Made by a program: the position numbers and the translations under genes. The notes under the pieces are model-generated. The model worked only from the letters and a program-made list of their open reading frames with translations. It was not told the DNA's origin and did not search any database. From Acetobacterales bacterium (lineage in GTDB: Bacteria > Pseudomonadota > Alphaproteobacteria > Acetobacterales > Acetobacteraceae), in assembly GCA_964201575.1 (NCBI GenBank), contig CAXNGD010000001.1, positions 1-29,737 of the forward strand: a DNA stretch of 29,737 nt, written 5' to 3'. Of the stretch, positions 17,736 to 26,156 are shown one piece after another. How positions within the stretch are numbered: the stretch's first letter is position 1; each line of letters starts with the position of its first letter.

Positions 17736-18334
17736 GCGCCCTCCCGCCCCGGTAGCAGGCGCTGCACCAGCACCAGCACGGCGGCGACCGGCAATGCCGC
17801 CGTGGCCACGGCCAGCAGGGCCATGCCGCCGAGCCCCGATGCGCTGCCGATGGCCAGCACCAGCCCGTTCTCGATGACCAGCACCCCGATGACCGGCGCG
17901 AAGGGCCCGGCGTGCCGCAACGCCGCAAACCCGCCGACAAGCATGACGGCCAACGCAATCGCAGCGCCCAGGCCCAACACCGCCGGTGTTGCGGCCACCG
18001 CCAGCCCCGCCAGCGCCACCGCCATCGCGGCAGGTCCGATCACGCCGCGCCCGGATGTATCGGCCACGGCCGGCACCAATGCGCGCATCCCAAGCGGCAG
18101 GGCGATGGCCTTGGCGGATAGCGTGAACCCCGCCACGGCAAGCAGCCACCAGGATCCCTGCAGCCATGCCTGCGCGGCGAGGACCACCGCCAGGCAGGCC
18201 GCCTGCGCCACCATCACCCGCACCGCCATCGCAGGCCGCCAGGCAAGCAGGGCGGCGAGGGCCAGCACCAGCATCGCCGCCCCGCCGAGCCCTGCCAGGC
18301 CACGCGCGATGCTGTCGAACCCTGCGGCGCTCAT
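17732..18334 (-). CDS. HyfE-like membrane subunit
   Basis: Hydrophobic 200 aa with KAIALP and VIGVLVIENGLVLA (ENG motif). 4-nt overlaps on both sides. Confidence 0.8.
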   Translation of the reverse strand: MSAAGFDSIARGLAGLGGAAMLVLALAALLAWRPAMAVRVMVAQAACLAVVLAAQAWLQGSWWLLAVAGFTLSAKAIALPLGMRALVPAVADTSGRGVIGPAAMAVALAGLAVAATPAVLGLGAAIALAVMLVGGFAALRHAGPFAPVIGVLVIENGLVLAIGSASGLGGMALLAVATAALPVAAVLVLVQRLLPGREGA

Positions 18335-19266
18335 CGAAGCCCCTGCCCGGCGAACAGCAGCACAACCCCCAGAACCGCCAGCAGCGTGGCCAGCCCGAGC
18401 ATGGCGGGCAGGTGGCGCATCGCCGGCAGCATCGAAAGTGTCCGCGCAGCCGCGACGCCGAATGCCAACAGACCCATCTTGCCCAACCAGGCCGGCAGGA
18501 AGATCAGCCAGTCGCCAATCGCCCAGGCCGCATCGGAGCGCCCCGGCGGCATATGCGTCGGCAGGAAGGGCGGCAGGAACAGCACTGCGATCAGCGCAAG
18601 CCAGATCGTGAGTCGCAACGCATCAGCCGCCGCCGCGAGAGCCTCCTGCCCTCCGGACAGCTCCGCGGTGACACTGTCCGCGCCATCCACGGCGGCCACC
18701 AGCACCAGCGCCACGCCCAGCGGCAGCGCCGCCGTCATCCAACCCGGGGCGTCCTCGGCGCTCAGCGCCAGGATCGTGGCCAGCCCGGTATCGCCGGCCG
18801 CCAGCGCCAGGGCGAAAATCACCAGGACCAGGGCCGGCGCCGCGAGGCTGGCACGGGCCAAGTTTGCCGCCGCGGCATGCCCGGCCACCGCCGCGCCTTC
18901 ATCCATCGCCGCCAGACCGGCAATCGCCCGCGCCAAGGCCAACAGCCCGACAATCACCAGCAGATCGGCCGCCGGCGCCAGGGTCATGTCGCGGGCAAAG
19001 CTGGGCACCAGTGCTGCGGCCACGATCAGCACCGCCAGCCGCCAGGCAGCGGCGTCGCGCATCAGCCCGGCGCTGCCCTCCGCCACCACCGGCGTCCGTC
19101 GCAGCGCCCGCGCCATGTCGCGCCAGGGTTGCAGCACCTTCGGCCCCACCCGGCCCTGCATCCGCGCCGCAAGCCACGCGACAAGCCCCACCAGCACCGG
19201 CGCCAGGGCAAGCATCAGCACCAGGTGCAGCACCTGGGCCACCAGCGCGAGCAATACGCTCACCAT
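18331..19266 (-). CDS. HycD/HyfC (NuoH-like) membrane subunit (divergent)
   Basis: ARMQGRVGPKVLQPWRDM, ADLLVIVGLLALAR. Position in the operon matches. Confidence 0.85.
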   Translation of the reverse strand: MVSVLLALVAQVLHLVLMLALAPVLVGLVAWLAARMQGRVGPKVLQPWRDMARALRRTPVVAEGSAGLMRDAAAWRLAVLIVAAALVPSFARDMTLAPAADLLVIVGLLALARAIAGLAAMDEGAAVAGHAAAANLARASLAAPALVLVIFALALAAGDTGLATILALSAEDAPGWMTAALPLGVALVLVAAVDGADSVTAELSGGQEALAAAADALRLTIWLALIAVLFLPPFLPTHMPPGRSDAAWAIGDWLIFLPAWLGKMGLLAFGVAAARTLSMLPAMRHLPAMLGLATLLAVLGVVLLFAGQGLR

Positions 19267-21164
19267 AGTCCCACCGCATGCAGTAGGAGCACTGCCAGCA
19301 CCAAGCCGCCAAACACCGCCGGTCCGTTGCGGCGCGGCATCACCAACAGCCAGGCGGCGACGGGTCCGAGCGTCGATCGCAGCCAGCCGGGTGCGGGCAC
19401 CGCCGGGCCAGCGGCGATAAACCGGACGCCGTCCCCCAGGTATCGGGCAAAGCCTGTCGCGCCAAGCTGGGTCGCGGGATCGCCGAAGGGCAGCCAGGCC
19501 GGACCGGGCCCCTGCCCGCTATCCCAGCCCGGCGCCGCCCGATGCCCCGCCGGACCCAGCGCGCGCACGCCCAGCAGAACGCCGATCACCGCTGCCGCCA
19601 ACAGACCCAACAGCGTCACTGGCAGGAAGCCGTCGAATCCCTGCGGCCCCGCACCCTGGGCCACCGGTCCCGCCAAGAGCCGCAGCGCCGGTCCAGCCAG
19701 CCCGAGGACGATCCCCGGCAGCACCCCGCACCCCAGCACCGCAGCCGCCAGCGCCAGCATCGTCCAGCGCAGCCCGGGCGACACATCCTCCGCCGCCGCC
19801 GTGCGCGGGGTCCGCGGCCGGCCGAGAAATGCCACGCCGAGGACACGCAGCACCGCAAACCCCAGCAGGGCGCCGGCCAGCGCCAGCGCCAGCGCGGCCA
19901 CCAGGCCGATCAACCACCAATCCGCACCGCCGCCGCGCGGCAGCGTCGCCGCAGCCCGCAACAGCAGCAGCATCCCGGCGAACCCCGCACCCGGCGGCAT
20001 CGCGGCCAGCGCCAGCGCCCCCGCCAGCGCCGCGATCGTGGTGATCCTCATCCGCTGCGCCAGGCCGCCCAGCAGTCCGATCTGTTGCGTGCCGGCGCCC
20101 TTGGCCACCCCGCCCGCCACCACCGCCCACAGCGCCTGCGCCCAGCCCATGGCCAACACGATGAACAACGCGCCGCCCAGGGCCAGCATCGCCGCCGGGC
20201 CATCATCGACCGCACGTGCCGCCAGCGCCATGCCGAGCCCGAGCGCTACCACTCCGGACTGGGCCAGCGTCATGCCGGCCAGCATGGCGCGCAGGTCGCT
20301 GGCGATCGCCGCCTGCGCGGCCCCGCGAACACTGCCCACCGCACCCGCCGCCAGCAACGGCACACCCCACCAGGCCGGAACCGCATTGGCCGCACCTGCC
20401 GAAGCCCCGCCAGCCAGGTCGAACAGCACCCGCACCAGCAAATAGGCTCCGATCCCGCAGACCAGCGCCCCGGCCAGCGCATTCTCCGGCCGCGCCGGTG
20501 CCACCGCCGCGCGCTGCAACCAGCCCTGGCCAGGCACCAACGCCGCAATCGCGCCCGCGCCCGCCAGGGTCAGCACCAGCATCGCCGCCGCGGCCATGCC
20601 CTCGGGCGGATTGGCGCGCAATGTCGCGAAGCCGCCATCCCCGGCCGGCACCGACAGCGCCATGGCCAATGCCGGCAGCCCCGCCGCCAGGACCCAGGCC
20701 AACGGCCAGGTGCCCGCCTCGCCCTGGCGCAGCATCAACGCCGCCGCCAGAACCACCACCGCCACGCCTAGCACAAGGGTCGCGACCTCACCGGCCAGCA
20801 AAGCCAGCACCGCACCGGCCAGCAGCACGGCCATGCCGCCGCACGCGGCACCCATCGCCAACGCCGCCACGCCAACCGGCAGGAGCGCCAACAGGAAGAA
20901 GCCCGACAACCCGTCCAGCACCAGCAACGGACGCGCCCCGGCCAAGTGGAACGGCACGCCGATCCGTACCGGGACCGCCCCCAGCGTCAGGAACAAGCCC
21001 GCCGCCACGATGCCGATCGCAACCAGGATGATCGCCGTGGCCCGTATCGGCGCCACCCGCGCAGCCCCCCCCAACGCGGCCAGGACGGCCAGCACCAGCA
21101 GCGTAGCGCACCCCACCGACAGGCCGAGCAGGATCGCGGCGCTGACCGAGGCCGCGGCGGTCAC
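19260..21164 (-). CDS. HyfB-like antiporter-like membrane subunit (divergent)
   Basis: LDGLSGFFLL, AYLLVRVLFDL, WWGVPLL, LGGLAQRM, AMPPGAGF, GVAFLGRPRT. First gene of the operon, GTG start. Confidence 0.85.
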   Translation of the reverse strand: MTAAASVSAAILLGLSVGCATLLVLAVLAALGGAARVAPIRATAIILVAIGIVAAGLFLTLGAVPVRIGVPFHLAGARPLLVLDGLSGFFLLALLPVGVAALAMGAACGGMAVLLAGAVLALLAGEVATLVLGVAVVVLAAALMLRQGEAGTWPLAWVLAAGLPALAMALSVPAGDGGFATLRANPPEGMAAAAMLVLTLAGAGAIAALVPGQGWLQRAAVAPARPENALAGALVCGIGAYLLVRVLFDLAGGASAGAANAVPAWWGVPLLAAGAVGSVRGAAQAAIASDLRAMLAGMTLAQSGVVALGLGMALAARAVDDGPAAMLALGGALFIVLAMGWAQALWAVVAGGVAKGAGTQQIGLLGGLAQRMRITTIAALAGALALAAMPPGAGFAGMLLLLRAAATLPRGGGADWWLIGLVAALALALAGALLGFAVLRVLGVAFLGRPRTPRTAAAEDVSPGLRWTMLALAAAVLGCGVLPGIVLGLAGPALRLLAGPVAQGAGPQGFDGFLPVTLLGLLAAAVIGVLLGVRALGPAGHRAAPGWDSGQGPGPAWLPFGDPATQLGATGFARYLGDGVRFIAAGPAVPAPGWLRSTLGPVAAWLLVMPRRNGPAVFGGLVLAVLLLHAVGLW

Positions 21165-21253
21165 GGGAAGCCCATGCGGGGCGGGTCAGACATCACCAGA
21201 GGACCCTAACCGAACCCGCCCCCGTGCCGGAAGCGGGCGCATCGCGTGCCCGA

Positions 21254-21553
21254 CAGCAAGCAGGCGCGTTCCGCGACAGGGCAATCGGGTGAAAAGGCAA
21301 GGCTCCGCCGGCAAAGGGCCGGAGGCCCTTTGGATCCCATTTTTTTGGCCGCGGGCAGTCCGCCGTCGCATCGCCGAGGACATGGACACCCGCCTCGGGA
21401 ATGAGTCGGGACCAAAAATTGGGGATCAAAGGGCCTCCGGCCCGTCACGCGACAGCGTGCTCCGCACGACGCCGGCGGAGCCTTGCTTTCTACCTGGGCG
21501 TTCACCCGATTGCCCTGCGTTCCGCGACCGGCAGCAAGCAGGCGCGTTCCGCG
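21254..21553. repeat. Nested inverted-repeat element bounded by 22-bp direct repeats
   Basis: DR CAGCAAGCAGGCGCGTTCCGCG at 21254-21275 and 21532-21553. Perfect IR pairs 21277-21293/21501-21517 (17 bp), 21297-21312/21471-21486 (16 bp) and 21316-21332/21427-21443 (17 bp; extends imperfectly to 21348/21412). Confidence 0.9.
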
Positions 21554-21623
21554 CCGGGGCCGGGATGACGGGATGGACCAGGGCGGCTACACCACAACCA
21601 AGGTGACGACGAGGGTCGACAGA

Positions 21624-23051
21624 ATGGACGAGCGGTTCCTGCTGGTGGTGTTCGACGGGCTGCGCCCCGACCTCGTACGCCCGGACACCACGCCCAACCT
21701 GTTGCGGCTGGCCGCCATGGGGACGCGCTTTGCCCGCGCCCGCTCGGTGTTCCCGTCCGAGACCCGGGTCTGCTCCGCCACCGTCACCACCGGCTGCATG
21801 CCGCGCCGCCATGGCTTGGTCGCGAACCGCCTCGCCCATCCCTCGGATGCCCGCGTCCAGGGACCCGGCGGGCGTTCGGTGGATACCGGGCAGATGACAG
21901 CGCTGCTCGCGCTGGAGGAGGAGATGAGCGAGGCGCTGCTGGACATGCCCAGCCTCGGCACCCGGCTGGCGGCCAGCGGTCGCGATTTCGCCGTGCTCAG
22001 CAGCGGCACCACCGGACAGAGCCATGTGCTGAACACGACCGCGGCGGCCCTCGGCCAGGTGACCCTGTCCGCCCATGGCACCCAGGCTTGTTCGCCTAAA
22101 GGCGCACAGCTCCTGGCCACGCTGGAGCCGCCGCCGGCGGACCCCACGGGAAAGGCCGAGTGGATCGCCGATGTCTACCGGACCCGCTTCATGGCCGATC
22201 CGCCGGCGGCGACCATCCTGTGGCTCTGCGAGCCCGACACCTCGGGCCACTACCAGGGCCTCGGCAGCGCTGCCAATCTCACCGCCCTGCGCCGGGTGGA
22301 CGCCGCCCTTGGCCGCATCCTGGATGACTGGCAGGCCGGCCCGATGCGCGACCATCTGCACATCATGGCCGCCTCCGATCACGGCCACGCCACCATCACC
22401 GCAAACATCAGCGCCGCCCCGCTCTTCGCCGCGGAACCGGGCTTTGCCGGCTGCCGCATCCTGACCGGCGTCAGCGGCGGCGTGGTGGTGCCGGGCGGCG
22501 AGGCCACCATGATCACCGAGGTGGCCGCCTGGCTGACGCGCCAGGACTGGGTCGGCCATGTCCTTGCCGCCGACGGCGCCGACCTGCCGCCCGGCGTGCT
22601 GCCGCGCAGCGCGGTGCTGGCGGATCATCGGCGCAGCGCCGAGGTGCTGTTCACCCTGCGCGCCGGTCCCGGGCCATCGGCGCTCGGCCTGCCCGGCACC
22701 ACGCTGAACGACGGCGCGCTGCAGGCCGGCGCCGGCACCCATGGCGGGCTCACCGCCGCCGAGATGTCGATCGTGCTGATGGTCGCCGGTGGACGCGTGC
22801 CGCGCGGCGAACTGAGCGAATGGCCGGCCGGGCTGGCCGATATCGCCCCCACCGTCCTGGCCCTGCTCGGCATTGGTGGGAGCGAGGTGATGGATGGCCG
22901 CGTGCTGGTCGAGGCACTGGAGCCCGGCGCCCGGCCCGACGCCGCCCCGGCACCGGAGACCTGGGAGCCGGTGAACGGGGCCTATGGCCAGCGCCTTGCC
23001 CGCACCCGCCTCGGCCGCCACACCTATATCGACTTCGGCCAGCGGCTTTGA
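21624..23051 (+). CDS. Alkaline phosphatase superfamily, nucleotide pyrophosphatase/phosphodiesterase-type enzyme
   Basis: FDGLRPD, SVFPSETR (Thr nucleophile position), EPDTSGH, ASDHGH, THGG, ADIAPTVLALLG, MDGRVL. Start at ATG 21624 with GAGGG upstream. Confidence 0.88.
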   Translation: MDERFLLVVFDGLRPDLVRPDTTPNLLRLAAMGTRFARARSVFPSETRVCSATVTTGCMPRRHGLVANRLAHPSDARVQGPGGRSVDTGQMTALLALEEEMSEALLDMPSLGTRLAASGRDFAVLSSGTTGQSHVLNTTAAALGQVTLSAHGTQACSPKGAQLLATLEPPPADPTGKAEWIADVYRTRFMADPPAATILWLCEPDTSGHYQGLGSAANLTALRRVDAALGRILDDWQAGPMRDHLHIMAASDHGHATITANISAAPLFAAEPGFAGCRILTGVSGGVVVPGGEATMITEVAAWLTRQDWVGHVLAADGADLPPGVLPRSAVLADHRRSAEVLFTLRAGPGPSALGLPGTTLNDGALQAGAGTHGGLTAAEMSIVLMVAGGRVPRGELSEWPAGLADIAPTVLALLGIGGSEVMDGRVLVEALEPGARPDAAPAPETWEPVNGAYGQRLARTRLGRHTYIDFGQRL

Positions 23052-23109
23052 AGCGCGGCTTTGAAGCTGCGCCAGGCATCCAATCGGGCCTGTGCCGCGT
23101 AGACCTGGC

Positions 23110-23988
23110 ATGATCAGGAAATCCCTGCGCCGCGTTGGTGCCCTGTGCCTGCCCCTGTTCGGCCTGCTTGCCGTGGTTCCCGGTTGCGCGCCGACCGACC
23201 TGCTCAACCGCACCGTCGAGCGCGATGGCCTGACGGAGCAGCGCGACATCGCCTATGGCGCCCTGCCGCGCCAGGCCATGGATGTCTGGCGGCCTGCCGG
23301 GGGGCGCGCGAACCTGCCGGTGGTGGTGTTCTTCTACGGCGGCTCCTGGCAGACCGGCCGGCGCGCGGACTATCCATTCGTCGCCGCTGACGTGGCCCGG
23401 CGCGGCCATGTCGTGGTGGTCCCGGATTACCGCCTGTATCCCGAGATCCGTTTTCCGGCCTTCCTCCAGGACGCCGCCGCCGCCGTGGCCGCCGCCCGGC
23501 AGATGGCGCGTGGCTGGGGCGGCGATCCCGATCGGGTGGTGCTGATGGGCCATTCCGCCGGCGCCCATATCGCCGCGATGCTGGCGCTCGACCCACGCTG
23601 GCTCGCCGCAGCAGGCGACAGCCGGGACCGGCTGGCCGGCGTGGTCGGCCTGGCCGGGCCCTATGACTTCCTGCCGATCACCGGGCGCAACATCCGCGCG
23701 GTCTTCGCCAGCGCCGCTGACCTGCGCGACACCCAGCCGATCAGCTTCGCCGACCGCCGGGCGCCGCCGCTTCTGCTGCTGCACGGCAGCGACGACACCA
23801 CCGTGCTGCCGCGCAACAGCCAGGCACTGGCCGACCGCATCGCCCGTGACGGCGGCAAGGCCGAGCTGAAACTGTACGAGGGAGTCGGCCATATCGGCAT
23901 CGTCCTGGGCTTTTCCCGCCTCTTCCGCGACCGCGCCCCGGTGCTGGACGACAGCACCGCCTTCATCGCAACCCTTCCGCCGCGCTAG
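23110..23988 (+). CDS. Alpha/beta hydrolase (carboxylesterase/lipase), probable lipoprotein
   Basis: VFFYGGSW, PDYRLYP, GHSAG nucleophile elbow, LHGSDDTTV, YEGVGH. The N-terminal signal ends in VVPGC. Confidence 0.9.
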   Translation: MIRKSLRRVGALCLPLFGLLAVVPGCAPTDLLNRTVERDGLTEQRDIAYGALPRQAMDVWRPAGGRANLPVVVFFYGGSWQTGRRADYPFVAADVARRGHVVVVPDYRLYPEIRFPAFLQDAAAAVAAARQMARGWGGDPDRVVLMGHSAGAHIAAMLALDPRWLAAAGDSRDRLAGVVGLAGPYDFLPITGRNIRAVFASAADLRDTQPISFADRRAPPLLLLHGSDDTTVLPRNSQALADRIARDGGKAELKLYEGVGHIGIVLGFSRLFRDRAPVLDDSTAFIATLPPR

Positions 23989-24051
23989 AAGTTTCTTGCG
24001 CCGCCGCTATACAAGGGCCTTCCTCGAACCGGGCGGCGATAGCGACAACGC

Positions 24052-25050
24052 GTGAGCACTCCCCCAACCCTCCTGACCGGCGCCACCGGATTTGTCGGCT
24101 CGGCGGTCGCCCGCACCCTGCTGGCGCGCGGCCATCGCGTGCGCGCGCTGTGCCGCCCCGGCAGCGACCGGCGCAACCTCGCCGGGCTCGACCTGGAGAT
24201 CGTCGAGGGCGATCTCGGCGACACCGGATCGCTGGCCCGCGCGGTTGCCGGCTGCCGCTTTGTCTTGCACGTCGCCGCCGACTACCGCATCTGGGTGCCC
24301 GACCCCGATGCCATGCTGCGCGCCAATGTCGATGGCACCATCGCCCTGCTGCGCGCCGCCCACGCCGCCGGCGCCGAGCGCATCGTCCATTGCAGCAGCG
24401 TGGCCGCCCTTGGCCTCACGCCCGACGGCACGCCCGCCGACGAAACCACCCCGGTCAGCGAGGCGACCGTCGTCGGCATCTACAAGAAGTCCAAGTTCCG
24501 GGCCGAACAGGCCGTCCTCGCCCTGGTCCGCGACGAGGGCGTCCCCGCCGTCATCGTCAACCCCGCAGCCCCAATCGGCCCGCGCGACATCAAGCCTACC
24601 CCCACGGGCCGGATGATCGCCGACGCCGCCGCGGGCCGGATGCCGGCCTACCTCGATACCGGGCTGTGCGTGGTTCACGTTGACGACGTCGCCGAGGGCC
24701 ATCTGCTCGCCCTGGAACGCGGGCGGATTGGCGAGCGCTATGTCCTCGGTGGCGAGAACCTGTTGCTGCGCGAGCTGCTGGCGCTGGTGGCGGACAGTGT
24801 TGGCCGGCGCCCGCCGTGCATCTGTTTGCCGGCGGGGCTGCTCTGGCCGGTGGCGCTGGCCTGCGAAGGGCTGGCGCGCTTCGGCATCGAGCCGATGGTC
24901 ACCCGCGACCATTTGCGCATGGCGCGCAAGAAGATGTTTTTTTCGTCGGCCAAGGCGACGCGCGAACTCGGATTTGTCGCACGTCCGGCCAGCGCGGCCA
25001 TTGCGGATGCGGTGGCGTGGTTCCGCGACCACGGCATGGTGCCCCGATGA
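24052..25050 (+). CDS. hpnA: Hopanoid-associated NAD-dependent sugar epimerase/dehydratase
   Basis: LTGATGFVG, HVAADYRIW, SSVA, YKKSK, IGPRDIKPTPTG, MFFSSAKA. First gene of the hpn cluster. Confidence 0.92.
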   Translation: MSTPPTLLTGATGFVGSAVARTLLARGHRVRALCRPGSDRRNLAGLDLEIVEGDLGDTGSLARAVAGCRFVLHVAADYRIWVPDPDAMLRANVDGTIALLRAAHAAGAERIVHCSSVAALGLTPDGTPADETTPVSEATVVGIYKKSKFRAEQAVLALVRDEGVPAVIVNPAAPIGPRDIKPTPTGRMIADAAAGRMPAYLDTGLCVVHVDDVAEGHLLALERGRIGERYVLGGENLLLRELLALVADSVGRRPPCICLPAGLLWPVALACEGLARFGIEPMVTRDHLRMARKKMFFSSAKATRELGFVARPASAAIADAVAWFRDHGMVPR

Positions 25051-26156
25051 TCGCGGCCGCAGCGCTGCTGGCCTGGGCTTGGCTGCTTGCCCTGCATGGA
25101 CGGTTCTGGCAGTCCGGCCCGGCCTTGCCGCCTGGGATGCCGCGCGACGCGCCTGCCGTGGCGATCGTAGTGCCGGCGCGCGATGAGGCCGCGATGATCG
25201 CGCGCAGCCTCGCCAGCCTGCTGGCCCAGGATTATCCGGGCGCATACCGGGTGATCCTGGTGGACGACAATTCGCGGGATGCCACCGCTGAAATTGCGCG
25301 CGCCTTGCCGGGTGCCGGCCGGCTAACTGTGATCCAGGGGCGTCCCCGCCCGGCGGGTTGGGCCGGCAAGCTTTGGGCTGTGCATCAAGGTGTCACCGCC
25401 AGTGCCGAACCGCTGGTCTTGCTCACTGACGCCGATATCGAGCATGATCCTGGTCACCTGTCATCGCTGGTCGCCCAGGCCGAAGCCACTGGCTGCGACA
25501 TGGTCAGCGAGATGGTGCGGCTGAACACCGAAAGCTGGGCCGAGCGCGCGCTGGTGCCGGCCTTCGTCTACTTCTTCCAGCTGCTTTACCCCTTCGCCTG
25601 GGTGAACGACCCGTTGCGCGCAACCGCCGCGGCGGCTGGCGGCACCGTGCTGGTCCGGCGCGCGGCATTGGTCCGGATCGGCGGCATCGCCGCGATCGCC
25701 GACCGCCTGATCGATGACTGCGCGCTGGCGGAGAAGGTCAAGCGGGGCGGGCGCATCTGGCTGGGGCACAGCGATCTCGCCCGGTCGATCCGGCCATATC
25801 CGGGACCGGCCGATATTTGGCGCATGGTTGCCCGCTCCGCCTATGTCCAGCTGCGCCATTCGCCCTTGCTGCTGGCCGCCACGCTGCTGGGCCTGGGGCT
25901 GGTTTTTCTCGCGCCACCTAGTCTGGCGATCTTGGCCGAGGGCAATGCGCGCCTCGCCGGCCTTTTGGCCTGGGCCGCCATGGCGGTGTCGTTCCTGCCG
26001 ACACTGCACCGGTATGGCCGGTCGCGCGCCTGGGCGCCGTTGCCGCCGTTCGTTGCCGTCTTCTACATGGCGGCCACGCTGGGTGCCGCCTGGAGCCACC
26101 ATTTCGGCCAAGGCGTTGCCTGGAAGGGCCGTGCCTATTCGGCGGGCCGTGCATGA
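25047..26156 (+). CDS. hpnB: Hopanoid-associated GT2 glycosyltransferase
   Basis: VPARDEA, VDDNSRD, WAGKLWA, LTDADI, YPFAWVND, LIDDCALA, RSAYVQL. ATG 25047 overlaps the hpnA stop. Confidence 0.92.
   Translation: MIAAAALLAWAWLLALHGRFWQSGPALPPGMPRDAPAVAIVVPARDEAAMIARSLASLLAQDYPGAYRVILVDDNSRDATAEIARALPGAGRLTVIQGRPRPAGWAGKLWAVHQGVTASAEPLVLLTDADIEHDPGHLSSLVAQAEATGCDMVSEMVRLNTESWAERALVPAFVYFFQLLYPFAWVNDPLRATAAAAGGTVLVRRAALVRIGGIAAIADRLIDDCALAEKVKRGGRIWLGHSDLARSIRPYPGPADIWRMVARSAYVQLRHSPLLLAATLLGLGLVFLAPPSLAILAEGNARLAGLLAWAAMAVSFLPTLHRYGRSRAWAPLPPFVAVFYMAATLGAAWSHHFGQGVAWKGRAYSAGRA

Noticed and set aside
14432-21164. Calling the operon a functional [NiFe] hydrogenase-4 / formate hydrogenlyase
   Set aside because: The large subunit has neither CxxC motif, and no maturation or formate dehydrogenase genes are present in the window.
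21186-21505. Short ORFs across the nested palindrome (21186-21389, 21193-21429, 21206-21505)
   Set aside because: They overlap each other on both strands, lie within the repeat and show no protein-like features.
21181-21553. Known riboswitch (cobalamin, Moco, fluoride) upstream of the Ehr operon
   Set aside because: I could not match the conserved core motifs on either strand by eye. GGTGATG alone is insufficient; an Infernal search would be decisive.
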